A stretch of 64,000 bases of DNA from Candidatus Doudnabacteria bacterium (GTDB taxonomy: Bacteria > Patescibacteriota > Doudnabacteria > UBA920), in the NCBI GenBank assembly GCA_963768175.1, contig CAVYGQ010000001.1, forward strand, positions 318,305-382,304, in the 5' to 3' direction. Position 1 is the stretch's first letter. Each line of letters begins with the position of its first letter. A model generated the notes under the pieces. The model searched no databases, was not told the origin of the DNA, and saw only the letters and a list, made by a program, of their open reading frames with translations. Shown in pieces: positions 1-8,567 of this stretch. The position numbers and the translations under genes were made by a program.

Positions 1-7
1 CCATCCC

Positions 8-541
8 ATGACCACCCACGACGTAAGGAGCGAACAGTATTATTTGGACATGATAAAGCTGCGGCCCAAAAATTTAGCCAACTACGATCTTTTGGGAAAA
101 TTCTATCTGGAGCAATCCAGCTTCACCGACGCCAAAGACATTTACGAATACCTGTGCAACCACGAACCCGGCAATCCGGAATTCCAGGCGCGGTTGGGTT
201 ATTGCTATTACCTGGACAAACAGTTTGCCAAAGCCGTCCAAGCTTATCAAAAATCCCTGGCTCTTGATTCCACCCAGCCAAACCGCTATTATAACCTGGG
301 CCTAAGCTTGGAGGGGGCGGGGAATTTGGCCGAATCGGCAAAGAGTTTTGAAACCGCCATTTCGCTGGAGCCGTCCGTAAAGTATTACGTCAGCCTAAGC
401 AACGTTTATTTAAAACTCAACAGCGGTTTAAAGGCCCGCGAAGTTTTAAAAAAGGCGCAAGCGCTTGACCCGCAAAATGAACTGGTAAAAGCCAAGCTGG
501 AAAAGCTGATGCTGCCGGTCATAGACGTCAATATGAAATAA
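8..541 (+). CDS. TPR (tetratricopeptide) repeat protein
   Basis: Repeated TPR-like helices in the translation (AKDIYEYL..., AKAVQAYQKSLALD..., AESAKSFETAISLEP). The ORF runs uninterrupted from a Met at 8. Confidence 0.55.
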   Translation: MTTHDVRSEQYYLDMIKLRPKNLANYDLLGKFYLEQSSFTDAKDIYEYLCNHEPGNPEFQARLGYCYYLDKQFAKAVQAYQKSLALDSTQPNRYYNLGLSLEGAGNLAESAKSFETAISLEPSVKYYVSLSNVYLKLNSGLKAREVLKKAQALDPQNELVKAKLEKLMLPVIDVNMK

Positions 542-682
542 TAGATTCTATCGTAAAAAAATCAGAATAAAAAAATTCCATTTCCTTGTGCCCAAGTAGC
601 TTCCGCCTTCGTCTGACTCCGGCGGACAAGCAGTTGGCTCCGCACCAAAATAAAAAAATTCCAAAAAATCCAATTATCCAGT

Positions 683-758
683 GCCGACGTAGCTCAGTTG
701 GTAGAGCAATTCCATGGTAAGGAATAGGTCATCGGTTCAATTCCGATCGTCGGCTCCA
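683..758 (+). tRNA. tRNA-Thr (anticodon GGU)
   Basis: 76-nt cloverleaf. Acceptor GCCGACG/CGTCGGC, D-arm GCTCAGTTGGTAGAGC, anticodon stem ATTCC/GGAAT with loop ATGGTAA, T-arm ATCGGTTCAATTCCGAT, encoded CCA. Confidence 0.85.
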
Positions 759-881
759 CTTCTTCGCCAAGGCTACGAAGAACGAGTAGAAGCTTGCGCT
801 GCACGTTGTCAAAGAAGTGACGATAAATTACATCGCAAAGAGGTGTCCTACGTAGGTTTATGCGTAGTAGGACAAAAAATT

Positions 882-913
882 AAATCCCAGATTAATCTGG
901 GATTTTTATTTTA
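882..913 (+). terminator. Intrinsic terminator-like hairpin downstream of the tRNA
   Basis: aaatcccagattaatctgggattt hairpin followed by a T-rich tract. Confidence 0.45.
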
Positions 914-1022
914 GCTTAAAAAATGCTAAAATAAGCCTAAGCGGGAATCTAGATTCCGGATATTTTTTGACTACCGATGATAATCTCTTTTTTAGTCAAA
1001 AATTCCGGAATGACATAAATTT

Positions 1023-1793
1023 ATGCAAAAGAAAAATACTTCCTGGGGCAAAGTTGCCGGCTGGTATAACCGGATGCTGGAAGAAGAGGAAGACACTTAC
1101 CAGGAAAAGCTGATAAAACCGAATTTAACAAGAATACTTTCGCCTAAGCCGGGCGAGGAAATTTTAGACGTCGGCTGCGGACAGGGCTTTTTTGCGCGCG
1201 AACTGGCCAAAAGCTCCGGCGCAAAAGTCGTGGGAATAGATATAGCAGGGGAGCTTATTCGGCTTGCCAAAGAGCAATCGGGAAAAAACGAAACTTACTT
1301 GACGCTCTCGGCGGAAAAGATGGCCGGATTAAATAATGCGCGATTTGACGCCGCCATTTGCATACTCGCCCTGCAAAACATAAAAAATTTACAGGCTGCA
1401 ATTTCCGAAATCTCGCGCGTGCTAAAGCCGGGCGGCAGATGCGTTTTGGTGTTAAATCACCCCGCTTTCCGCATCCCCACCGCTTCCTCTTGGTCTTACG
1501 ATGAAAAGACAAACATCCAATATCGCAATATCTACAAATATCTTTCCGAAATTTCCCAGCAAGTAGACATGACGCAAGGGGAAACCTCCCAAAAAAAGAA
1601 AAAGTTTACCATGTCTTTCCATCATCCGTTGCAGGTTTACTTTAAAGCTTTTGCCAAAGCAGGGCTCAATGTCGTGCGTCTGGAAGAGTGGGTTTCGTAC
1701 AAAACCTCAGATACCGGTCCGCGCAAACAGGCGGAAGATTTGGCCCGCAAAGAAATCCCGCTGTTTATGTGTTTGGAATTAAAAAAAATATGA
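1023..1793 (+). CDS. Class I SAM-dependent methyltransferase
   Basis: Motif I ILDVGCGQGFFARELAK, acidic post-I motif VVGIDIAGE, and motif LKPGG typical of Rossmann-fold methyltransferases. Confidence 0.7.
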   Translation: MQKKNTSWGKVAGWYNRMLEEEEDTYQEKLIKPNLTRILSPKPGEEILDVGCGQGFFARELAKSSGAKVVGIDIAGELIRLAKEQSGKNETYLTLSAEKMAGLNNARFDAAICILALQNIKNLQAAISEISRVLKPGGRCVLVLNHPAFRIPTASSWSYDEKTNIQYRNIYKYLSEISQQVDMTQGETSQKKKKFTMSFHHPLQVYFKAFAKAGLNVVRLEEWVSYKTSDTGPRKQAEDLARKEIPLFMCLELKKI

Positions 1794-2020
1794 ACGAATT
1801 TCCACCCTTAAAGGGCCAGCTTGAAGCGCAGTTGGTTTTAGTCGATAGGGATTTGGCAGGAGTTGAGAAGATAATTAAAGAAAAGGTTTTACAGCTCGGC
1901 AGGGAAAATGACGAAAATGTCAAAAAGCTGATTGCCCTGGAGCTTCTTGAGCACCGCGCCGAAAAGGCACAGCTTTTGGAGGAACAAAAAACACTAAAAA
2001 ATCAAATTAACAACTCATAA
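1790..2020 (+). CDS. Hypothetical protein (coiled-coil-like)
   Basis: ORF 1688..2020 overlaps the upstream gene, so the start was moved to the internal Met MNEFPP at 1790. Charged helical sequence. Confidence 0.35.
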   Translation: MNEFPPLKGQLEAQLVLVDRDLAGVEKIIKEKVLQLGRENDENVKKLIALELLEHRAEKAQLLEEQKTLKNQINNS

Positions 2021-2034
2021 TTAATCCAAAAATT

Positions 2035-2301
2035 ATGGGAACCTACAAAAATTGCCAGAGCTGCGGCATGCCCATGAAAAAAGATCCCCAGGGCGGGGGA
2101 GCAGAGGCAGACGGCAGCAAGAGCGCGATGTATTGCAGTTACTGTTATGCCAACGGCGCGTTTACCGCGCCCAACTGGACCGCGGAGCAAATGCAGGCCT
2201 TTTGCAAATCCAAGCTACAGGAAATGGGCTTTCCCGGTTTTTTGGCCGGCTTTATGACCAAAGGGGTGCCAAAGCTGGAAAGATGGCAGAAGCGGGTTTA
2301 A
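2035..2301 (+). CDS. Zinc-ribbon domain protein
   Basis: CQSCGMPM...CSYCY double CxxC pair characteristic of zinc-ribbon proteins. Confidence 0.5.
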   Translation: MGTYKNCQSCGMPMKKDPQGGGAEADGSKSAMYCSYCYANGAFTAPNWTAEQMQAFCKSKLQEMGFPGFLAGFMTKGVPKLERWQKRV

Positions 2302-2324
2302 TTTTAACGCAATAAAAAAATCAC

Positions 2325-2362
2325 GGCCGGCGCGAAGCGTGCATGCACGCAACGCGCCGGCC
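2325..2362. terminator. GC-rich near-perfect palindrome between convergent genes, likely a bidirectional terminator
   Basis: ggccggcgcg aa gcgtgcatgcacgc aa cgcgccggcc: 10-bp perfect outer arms with a nested 14-bp perfect palindrome. It lies between the stop of 2035..2301(+) and the stop of 2382..2744(-). Confidence 0.45.
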
Positions 2363-2381
2363 TTTGCCGTGGGCATCAAGG

Positions 2382-2744
2382 TCAAACAGGGCTAACCCGC
2401 AAAGCAAAACGGCGAACAGCCCTAAACACCAGGGCAGACAAAGTCAGCTCTCCCCAAAAGAGGTAAAAATAGCGGCGCACCACTACCTTATACCAGTACG
2501 GGGAGATTAATTCTGTATAGCATCTGCCCGGGTGCGGCACCCCGTAACGAAACCACCAAAACTTGTAGGTTGCCCAGACCGCCAGGCAGTACGCAATGCC
2601 AAACGCGAGCGCGCCGGCATAGCGAACAGCCCAGGAAACGGGAATCCACGGGCAGGCCGTTGCCAAGCCGGCAACAGCACCAAGGACGAGCGCCAACGCG
2701 CTCACCCCGGGATTTATGATGCCGAACTTTTTGACGACCAACAT
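2382..2744 (-). CDS. Hypothetical integral membrane protein
   Basis: Multiple hydrophobic helices (ALALVLGAVAGLATA, LAFGIAYCLAVWATY). Confidence 0.45.
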   Translation of the reverse strand: MLVVKKFGIINPGVSALALVLGAVAGLATACPWIPVSWAVRYAGALAFGIAYCLAVWATYKFWWFRYGVPHPGRCYTELISPYWYKVVVRRYFYLFWGELTLSALVFRAVRRFALRVSPV

Positions 2745-2822
2745 AACAGGCCCTCCTTTGCCTTAACTTAATTATCATCCTTAAAAAAGCCCTTTGTCAA
2801 TCATTTTTAAGATATAAAAAAC

Positions 2823-2865
2823 AGGGCCGGGCGCGTACACACACAGTGTACGCGCCCGGCTTTTT
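2823..2865. terminator. Intrinsic terminator (GC-rich palindrome plus T tract)
   Basis: ggccgggcgcgtacac-acaca-gtgtacgcgcccggc with 16-bp perfect arms, followed by ttttt. Sits 3' of the minus-strand gene 2879..3226. Confidence 0.6.
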
Positions 2866-2878
2866 GCGAGGGGCATCT

Positions 2879-3226
2879 TTACCCCCACAGTTTGCGCACA
2901 AACTCATAAAGCAGAATAGCGGCAAACGAGACCACGATGGCCAAGACGTAGTTGAACAAGTGGCTTATGGCCACTTTGCCAAAATTGTGCGACCACTCGG
3001 CCATTTGATCCGGCCACTGCGCTGACTCCCACGGAAAGAAAAACCGGTAGCCCGTGTAGATTACCACCGTGGCCAGTATGCCAACGACCATGGCCATCAG
3101 CAGCAGCCCCACCGGGGACACCTTGGCAATAACCAGCATGGCCGCAAGGTAGCCGAACAACAGCCCGACCGCAACCATTAGCCAGCGGACCACACGGTCC
3201 GCAAAACGGAACGCCTTGTAACTCAT
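2879..3226 (-). CDS. Hypothetical integral membrane protein
   Basis: Three or four predicted TM helices (LMVAVGLLFGYLAAMLVIA, LLLMAMVVGILATVVIY, YVLAIVVSFAAILLY). Confidence 0.5.
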   Translation of the reverse strand: MSYKAFRFADRVVRWLMVAVGLLFGYLAAMLVIAKVSPVGLLLMAMVVGILATVVIYTGYRFFFPWESAQWPDQMAEWSHNFGKVAISHLFNYVLAIVVSFAAILLYEFVRKLWG

Positions 3227-3276
3227 GTCCTATTCCTCCTTAGCCTGAAATTCATTATCGCCCCAAAAAAGGCGCT

Positions 3277-3846
3277 TTGTCAACCAGCCAAAAAAAGTGT
3301 AAAATAAAACCAGAAAATCTTTTTATGCTATTAAAACAAAACAATTACGCTTTCATAGACAGCCAAAATTTAAACCTTGCCATCAGGGAACAAGGATGGT
3401 CTCTGGACTTTGCCCGTTTTCGGGTTTACTTAAAAGAAAAATACAGGGTTAGCAAAGCGTTTTTATTCATTGGTTTTGTGGAAGGCAATAATAGCTTATA
3501 TAAATCTCTTCAGGAAGCGGGTTTTGTTTGCATATTTAAACCAACCCTTAAGTACCAAGACGGTACCACTAAAGGCAACTGCGACGCGGAACTGGTTTTA
3601 CAAGCAATGGTTGAATATCAAAACTACGACAAGGCCGTAATTGTTACGGGAGACGGCGATTTCCACTGTCTGGCTAAGTACCTGCTAGAACAGGGAAAAT
3701 TGCAGGTGATATTAATTCCTAACCGTTTCAAATTTTCCGCACTTCTTAAATTTAAAATATTTAGACCGTATTTAAGATTTATGAACGATTTACAAAGCTT
3801 ATTGGCCTATAAAAAGAAAAGGCCCCATAAGGACGAAACCTCATAG
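3277..3846 (+). CDS. NYN-domain (LabA/PIN-like) protein
   Basis: AFIDSQNL...FLFIGFV...CDAELVLQAM...VIVTGDGDFHCL pattern matches the NYN/LabA-like nuclease fold. Confidence 0.5.
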   Translation: MSTSQKKCKIKPENLFMLLKQNNYAFIDSQNLNLAIREQGWSLDFARFRVYLKEKYRVSKAFLFIGFVEGNNSLYKSLQEAGFVCIFKPTLKYQDGTTKGNCDAELVLQAMVEYQNYDKAVIVTGDGDFHCLAKYLLEQGKLQVILIPNRFKFSALLKFKIFRPYLRFMNDLQSLLAYKKKRPHKDETS

Positions 3847-3914
3847 GGTGAACTTTTCCGTTGGTGATATTAATATTATATCAAATTAAGAGTGTTTGTC
3901 AACCCGTAAAATTG

Positions 3915-3946
3915 GGTGTAAAATAGCCTTAATAAGGCATTTTAAT
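3915..3946 (+). promoter_or_regulatory. Promoter/operator motif shared with the hsdR upstream region
   Basis: ggtgtaaaatagccttaataaggcattttaat is nearly identical to 6167..6200. It contains a -10-like TAAAAT and a small palindrome gcctta-taaggc. A TTGTCA is 17 nt upstream. Confidence 0.45.
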
Positions 3947-3967
3947 TAGTCAGTAAATCGTATTTTT

Positions 3968-4480
3968 ATGCCGGAAACAACTCCCGAACAAGAAGCTTAC
4001 GATAAATATGTAGTACAAGTCGGTAACACTCCCGTAGACCCAAAAGTGGCTAAACGGGAACAGGATGTTTTAGCCAATGCGCAAAGCAGGGGCTATGAAC
4101 CCTTTAGCCACGAAGACCCAACCAGAGATGATTATATAAACGGCTTACCGGAAGGCGAGTTTTATAAAACCGATATGACGGAACCGGAATTGGAACTGGC
4201 CATAAAGGACTTAACCGAAGCTAGGGAAACCCTAACTAAGTTTTTGGAACATTCAACCGCCCCCGAAGTTAAATATCCAAAAGAGACTACGTTATTTGAA
4301 TTTGAGGAAAACATAGAAAAATTTCCGCCTAATATTGCCAAAGCCTTTAGCGACGTAGTAAAGTATTTGGATCCCGAAAGCAATATGGCTCTGTTTGATT
4401 TGCCGGTTTTTATCAAAGAAAATTTGACAAGATACCAAATAATTTTGGAACATAACAAAAAAAAGCAATTAAATAAATAG
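3968..4480 (+). CDS. Hypothetical acidic protein
   Basis: ORF with a good start context and no recognisable motifs. Confidence 0.45.
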   Translation: MPETTPEQEAYDKYVVQVGNTPVDPKVAKREQDVLANAQSRGYEPFSHEDPTRDDYINGLPEGEFYKTDMTEPELELAIKDLTEARETLTKFLEHSTAPEVKYPKETTLFEFEENIEKFPPNIAKAFSDVVKYLDPESNMALFDLPVFIKENLTRYQIILEHNKKKQLNK

Positions 4481-4502
4481 AAATTATTTTTATAATTATA
4501 AT

Positions 4503-4763
4503 ATGGATCAAGAACATTCCCCCGAAAAAGAAAGACAAATGGAGCTGGAAAGTTTAAGGAGTTTGTTGGTTTTATGGAGCCAGCTGGTTGAGGAGGTAAC
4601 AGATTACGGAACCCCGGAGACAATAGGGCGGATGGAAAACATTGCGCAGGAAGTGGAAGAAGAACTTAAGAGGATGCAGGTATCAAAGAGGGAGATTGAG
4701 GCTGACCCGGATTTGGCTGAATTAATGGGGGAGTACAAGGCATATAATGAGGGCCAGGAATAA
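4503..4763 (+). CDS. Hypothetical small acidic protein
   Basis: 86-aa ORF, highly acidic and helical. Confidence 0.35.
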   Translation: MDQEHSPEKERQMELESLRSLLVLWSQLVEEVTDYGTPETIGRMENIAQEVEEELKRMQVSKREIEADPDLAELMGEYKAYNEGQE

Positions 4764-4783
4764 AGTTTGAAATTAAAACCAAA

Positions 4784-5446
4784 ATGCCAATCAAAAATAT
4801 ACATAAAATAGAACAGCCACGCGAAAAGTTAGAAAAGTACGGACCAGGCAGACTTTCCGATGCCGAACTTTTTGCGATTTTACTGCGTACTGGGCCAAAG
4901 GGGACCGGGGTTTTAGAATTATCTAAAAAGATTTTAAAACAATTTCCGGACAGCAAACTGGCTAATGCGAGTTTCAATGAACTAAAAGATATCCACGGGA
5001 TTGGCCCTGCCAAGGCCTGCGAAATTGTAGCGTGCTTCGAATTAGGTCGCCGAATATTGAAAGACAAAAAATCCATCTTAATTTTATCGCCGCGAGAAGT
5101 ATGGGAGCAGTGTAAAGATATCCGCGACAGCAAAAAAGAACATTTTGTTGTATTTTTTCTGGACACGCAAAATCAGGAAATTAAGCGCGAACTAATATCC
5201 ATCGGCACCCTAAACGCCAGCCTCATTCACCCGCGAGAAGTATTTGAGCCCGCGATTAAACATCTGGCATCCCATATAATTCTCGCCCACAACCACCCCA
5301 GCGGCAGCTTGGAGCCGTCCCAAGAAGACCTCACCGTCACCAAACGCCTAACCGACTCCGGCCGGCTCTTGGGCATAGAAGTACTTGACCACGTAATTGT
5401 CACCGGCAGGGGACACGCTAGTTTAAAAGAAAAGAACCTTCTCTAA
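4784..5446 (+). CDS. radC: RadC-family JAB-domain protein
   Basis: N-terminal LSDAELFAILLRTG and HhH GIGPAKA, with the JAB/MPN metalloprotease motif HNHPSG...S..D at the C-terminus. This is the canonical RadC/UPF0758 architecture. Confidence 0.75.
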   Translation: MPIKNIHKIEQPREKLEKYGPGRLSDAELFAILLRTGPKGTGVLELSKKILKQFPDSKLANASFNELKDIHGIGPAKACEIVACFELGRRILKDKKSILILSPREVWEQCKDIRDSKKEHFVVFFLDTQNQEIKRELISIGTLNASLIHPREVFEPAIKHLASHIILAHNHPSGSLEPSQEDLTVTKRLTDSGRLLGIEVLDHVIVTGRGHASLKEKNLL

Positions 5447-5538
5447 TGTCATTCCCGCAGAAGCGGGAATCTTGTCAAAGTTATCCACTTGACAGATGTG
5501 TACATGTACGTTATTATGTACATAAGGAGAATAAACAT

Positions 5539-5910
5539 ATGAACGGTAAAACAACTTTATCTATTACGGACGCGAGAAAGAAGATTTTTGATATTGCGGA
5601 AGATGTCCAGCGGCCGGGTAAATATTATACTTTAACCGAACAGGGGAAGCCCAAAGCCGTTGTTATATCCGCGGATGAGTTTGAAAGTTGGCAGGAAACT
5701 CTGGAAATAATGGAACAATTTCCGGATTTGCCCAAAGATATTGCCCAAGTTGACAAAGACATAAAATCCGGGGCATATAAGAACTATATAACTTTGGAAG
5801 AGCTTTTAGCCAAAGAGGGTTATGTATTAAGCGAAAAAGCAAAGAATAAATATGCCGTATCAAATAAGGCTGGAAAAAAAGGCTCAAAAAGAGCTGGAAA
5901 AACTTCCTGA
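5539..5910 (+). CDS. Type II antitoxin, Phd/YefM family
   Basis: ORF trimmed to the internal Met preceded by an aaggaga RBS. N-terminal ...ITDARKKIFDIAEDV...KPKAVVISADEFESWQETLEI resembles Phd/YefM. It sits immediately upstream of, and overlapping, a RelE/ParE-like gene. Confidence 0.55.
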   Translation: MNGKTTLSITDARKKIFDIAEDVQRPGKYYTLTEQGKPKAVVISADEFESWQETLEIMEQFPDLPKDIAQVDKDIKSGAYKNYITLEELLAKEGYVLSEKAKNKYAVSNKAGKKGSKRAGKTS

Positions 5911-6106
5911 AATATTTAGGCTCAAAGTATTGGCAATTTTGCCGGAAATAGCGGTAAATCCTTTTTTAGGCAAAAAGCTAAAAGGGGAGCTTGCAGGCTC
6001 CTATTCATACCGCGCTTGGCCTTATAGGATTACTTATAAAATATTTAAGCAAGTTTTGGTTGTAGTAGTGGTAAAAGTTGAGCATAGGGGAAGTGCTTAC
6101 AAATAA
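5852..6106 (+). CDS. Type II toxin, RelE/ParE family
   Basis: MPYQIRLEKKAQKELEKLP...YSYRAWPYRITYKI matches the RelE/ParE signature, including the conserved YRIIY-like block. Overlaps the antitoxin gene. Confidence 0.6.
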   Translation: MPYQIRLEKKAQKELEKLPEIFRLKVLAILPEIAVNPFLGKKLKGELAGSYSYRAWPYRITYKIFKQVLVVVVVKVEHRGSAYK

Positions 6107-6120
6107 TAAAGCTTTAAACC

Positions 6121-6146
6121 AAGCCCCGTTTCCACGGGGTTTTGTT
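6121..6146 (+). terminator. Intrinsic terminator after the RelE-like gene
   Basis: aagccccgtttccacggggtttt hairpin plus T tract. Confidence 0.55.
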
Positions 6147-6166
6147 ATAGCCAAAAGGTAAAAAAA

Positions 6167-6200
6167 GGTGTAAAATGGCCTTATAAAAGGCTTTTTTAAT
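6167..6200 (+). promoter_or_regulatory. hsdR promoter/operator motif (second copy of the 3915..3946 motif)
   Basis: ggtgtaaaatggccttataaaaggcttttttaat lies directly upstream of the hsdR ATG at 6201. Confidence 0.45.
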
Positions 6201-8564
6201 ATGTCAAAGAGAGACTTATCAGAACAAGATATCTGTTCCAAGTTTATCCTTCCCGCAGTAACGTCTGCGGGTTGGGATTTGCAAACCCAAATCCGAGAAC
6301 AATATTCGTTTACGGCAGGTCGTATTATTGTGCGAGGAAAAACTATAGCCAGAGGCAAAAGAAAGCGTGTAGATTTTCTTCTTTATTACAAATCAAATTT
6401 TCCAATTGCCGTTATAGAAGCAAAAGAAAATAATTATTCCGTGGGTGCGGGTATACAACAGGCTTTGGGATATGCGGAATCGCTCGATGTACCTTTTGTT
6501 TATAGTTCCAATGGTGATGGATTTTTGGAACACGACAGATTATCAACCAGTGGTCCAAAAGAACAAGAAATTTCTCTGAATAGTTTCCCTTCCCCCAACG
6601 AGCTTTATAAAAGACTAAAGGATTCAAATAAATTATCCCCACAGGCCGAAACTATATTACAGCAAGATTATTTTCAGGAGTTAGGCGGCAAAGAGCCTCG
6701 TTATTTCCAACAGGTTGCTATCAACCGCGCAGTTAAAGCCATTGTTAACGGCCAAAAACGTCTTTTGCTTGTGATGGCAACGGGTACGGGTAAAACTTAT
6801 ACCGCATTTCAAATAATTTGGAGACTGTGGAAGTCTAAATTCAAAAAACGCATTCTTTTTTTGGTTGACAGAAATATTCTTGCGGACCAAGCCATTATGA
6901 ATGATTTTAAACATTTTGGCGATAAAATGGTTAAAATCCAGGATCGTGCAGTAGATAAATCCTATGAAATTTACCTCGCTCTTTACCAGGGCATAACCGG
7001 CAAGGAAGAAGAAAAAAATATTTTTAAACAATTTTCACCAGATTTTTTTGACCTTATTATAGTAGACGAATGTCACCGGGGAAGCGCAAGAGAAAACGCG
7101 CTTTGGCATGATGTTTTGGATTACTATAAAAATGCCACTCAAATAGGATTAACCGCTACCCCAAAAGAAACCAAAGACATTTCCACGCAAACCTATTTCG
7201 GCGAGCCCATTTACACCTATTCTTTGCGCCAAGGCATAGATGACGGATTCCTTGCGCCATATAAAGTTGTTCGTGTAACAATAGACCGGGACGTAGAAGG
7301 CTACCGGCCAGAGCAAGGGAAAATTGACAAGCATGGCAACGAAGTCCCGGACAGAATTTATAACCTGAAAGATTTTGACCGCAACCTTGTTATCGACGAG
7401 CGTACCAAACTTGTTGCCCATAAAATAACAGAGTATTTAAAGGCAACTGACAGAATGCATAAAACCATTGTTTTTTGTGTTGATATAGACCACGCTGAAC
7501 GAATGCGTCAGGCTTTAGTTAACGAAAATCCAGACGAAGTAGCTAAAAATCGCAGGTATGTAGTTAGAATTACCGGCGAAAACCCGGAAGCCCCAATTGA
7601 ACTGGACCATTTTATAGATCCGGAAAGCCCATATCCGGTAATAGCAACCACCTCAAAACTTATGACTACAGGTGTAGACGCTCAAACCTGCAAAATTATT
7701 GCTTTGGACACAAATATACAATCCATGACAGAATTTAAGCAAATCATCGGCCGGGGAACACGCGTGCGGGAAGATTATGGAAAGCTTTTTTTTACGATTT
7801 TAGATTTTAGGGCGGCAACCGAACTTTTTGCTGACCCAAATTTTGACGGCGATCCCGTGGTAATTTACGAACCAAAAAAAGGCGAAAGCATTGTACCGCC
7901 AGAAGAAACGACGCCGGCTGAATTAAATAAAGAGCAGACTGAAGAAGCTGGAAATTTGGATTGGAATCCATTAACAGACGGCGGTCAAATTACGCAGGGA
8001 CCAGTTCAAAAATATTATGTCAATAGTGTTCCGGTTAAAGTTATTAACGAACGTGTACAATACATTGGTGGAGACGGAAAACTTATTACTGAATCATTAA
8101 CAGATTTTACCAAAAAAAGCATCTTGCAGGAATATCGTTCTTTAAATGAGTTTTTAACCGCCTGGTCCCACGCGGAGAAGAAAGAGGCTATAATTAAAGA
8201 ATTGGAAGATCATGGCGTGCTGTTTGAAGCTCTAAAGGAAGAATCGGGAAAAGATTTAGATCCATTTGACTTGGTTTGCCATATTGCTTTTGGTAAACCG
8301 CCGCTCACCCGAAAGGAACGCGCTGAAAATGTAAAAAAGCGTGATTATTTTACAAAATACGAGGGCAAGGCCAGGGAAATAATAGACGCGCTTTTAGAAA
8401 AGTATGCCGATCAGGGCATAACCGCGATTGATGACATTGGTGATTTGGGGGTTGAGCCTTTTTCGGAATTCGGAACGCCTTATGAAATTGTAAATGGTAT
8501 TTTTGGCGGGAGAACACAATATATTAAAGTTATTAATAAAATTCAGGAAGCATTATACGTATAA
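6201..8564 (+). CDS. hsdR: Type I restriction enzyme R subunit (HsdR)
   Basis: N-terminal restriction-endonuclease domain (VDFLLYY...IAVIEAKE), SF2 helicase motifs I (LLLVMATGTGKT) and II (DECHRG), and a typical HsdR C-terminus. Confidence 0.85.
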   Translation: MSKRDLSEQDICSKFILPAVTSAGWDLQTQIREQYSFTAGRIIVRGKTIARGKRKRVDFLLYYKSNFPIAVIEAKENNYSVGAGIQQALGYAESLDVPFVYSSNGDGFLEHDRLSTSGPKEQEISLNSFPSPNELYKRLKDSNKLSPQAETILQQDYFQELGGKEPRYFQQVAINRAVKAIVNGQKRLLLVMATGTGKTYTAFQIIWRLWKSKFKKRILFLVDRNILADQAIMNDFKHFGDKMVKIQDRAVDKSYEIYLALYQGITGKEEEKNIFKQFSPDFFDLIIVDECHRGSARENALWHDVLDYYKNATQIGLTATPKETKDISTQTYFGEPIYTYSLRQGIDDGFLAPYKVVRVTIDRDVEGYRPEQGKIDKHGNEVPDRIYNLKDFDRNLVIDERTKLVAHKITEYLKATDRMHKTIVFCVDIDHAERMRQALVNENPDEVAKNRRYVVRITGENPEAPIELDHFIDPESPYPVIATTSKLMTTGVDAQTCKIIALDTNIQSMTEFKQIIGRGTRVREDYGKLFFTILDFRAATELFADPNFDGDPVVIYEPKKGESIVPPEETTPAELNKEQTEEAGNLDWNPLTDGGQITQGPVQKYYVNSVPVKVINERVQYIGGDGKLITESLTDFTKKSILQEYRSLNEFLTAWSHAEKKEAIIKELEDHGVLFEALKEESGKDLDPFDLVCHIAFGKPPLTRKERAENVKKRDYFTKYEGKAREIIDALLEKYADQGITAIDDIGDLGVEPFSEFGTPYEIVNGIFGGRTQYIKVINKIQEALYV

Positions 8565-8567
8565 AAT

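Noticed and set aside
123-341. Minus-strand 72-aa ORF inside the TPR gene
   Set aside because: It is fully embedded antisense to a well-supported CDS and has Pro/Gly-rich shadow-frame composition.
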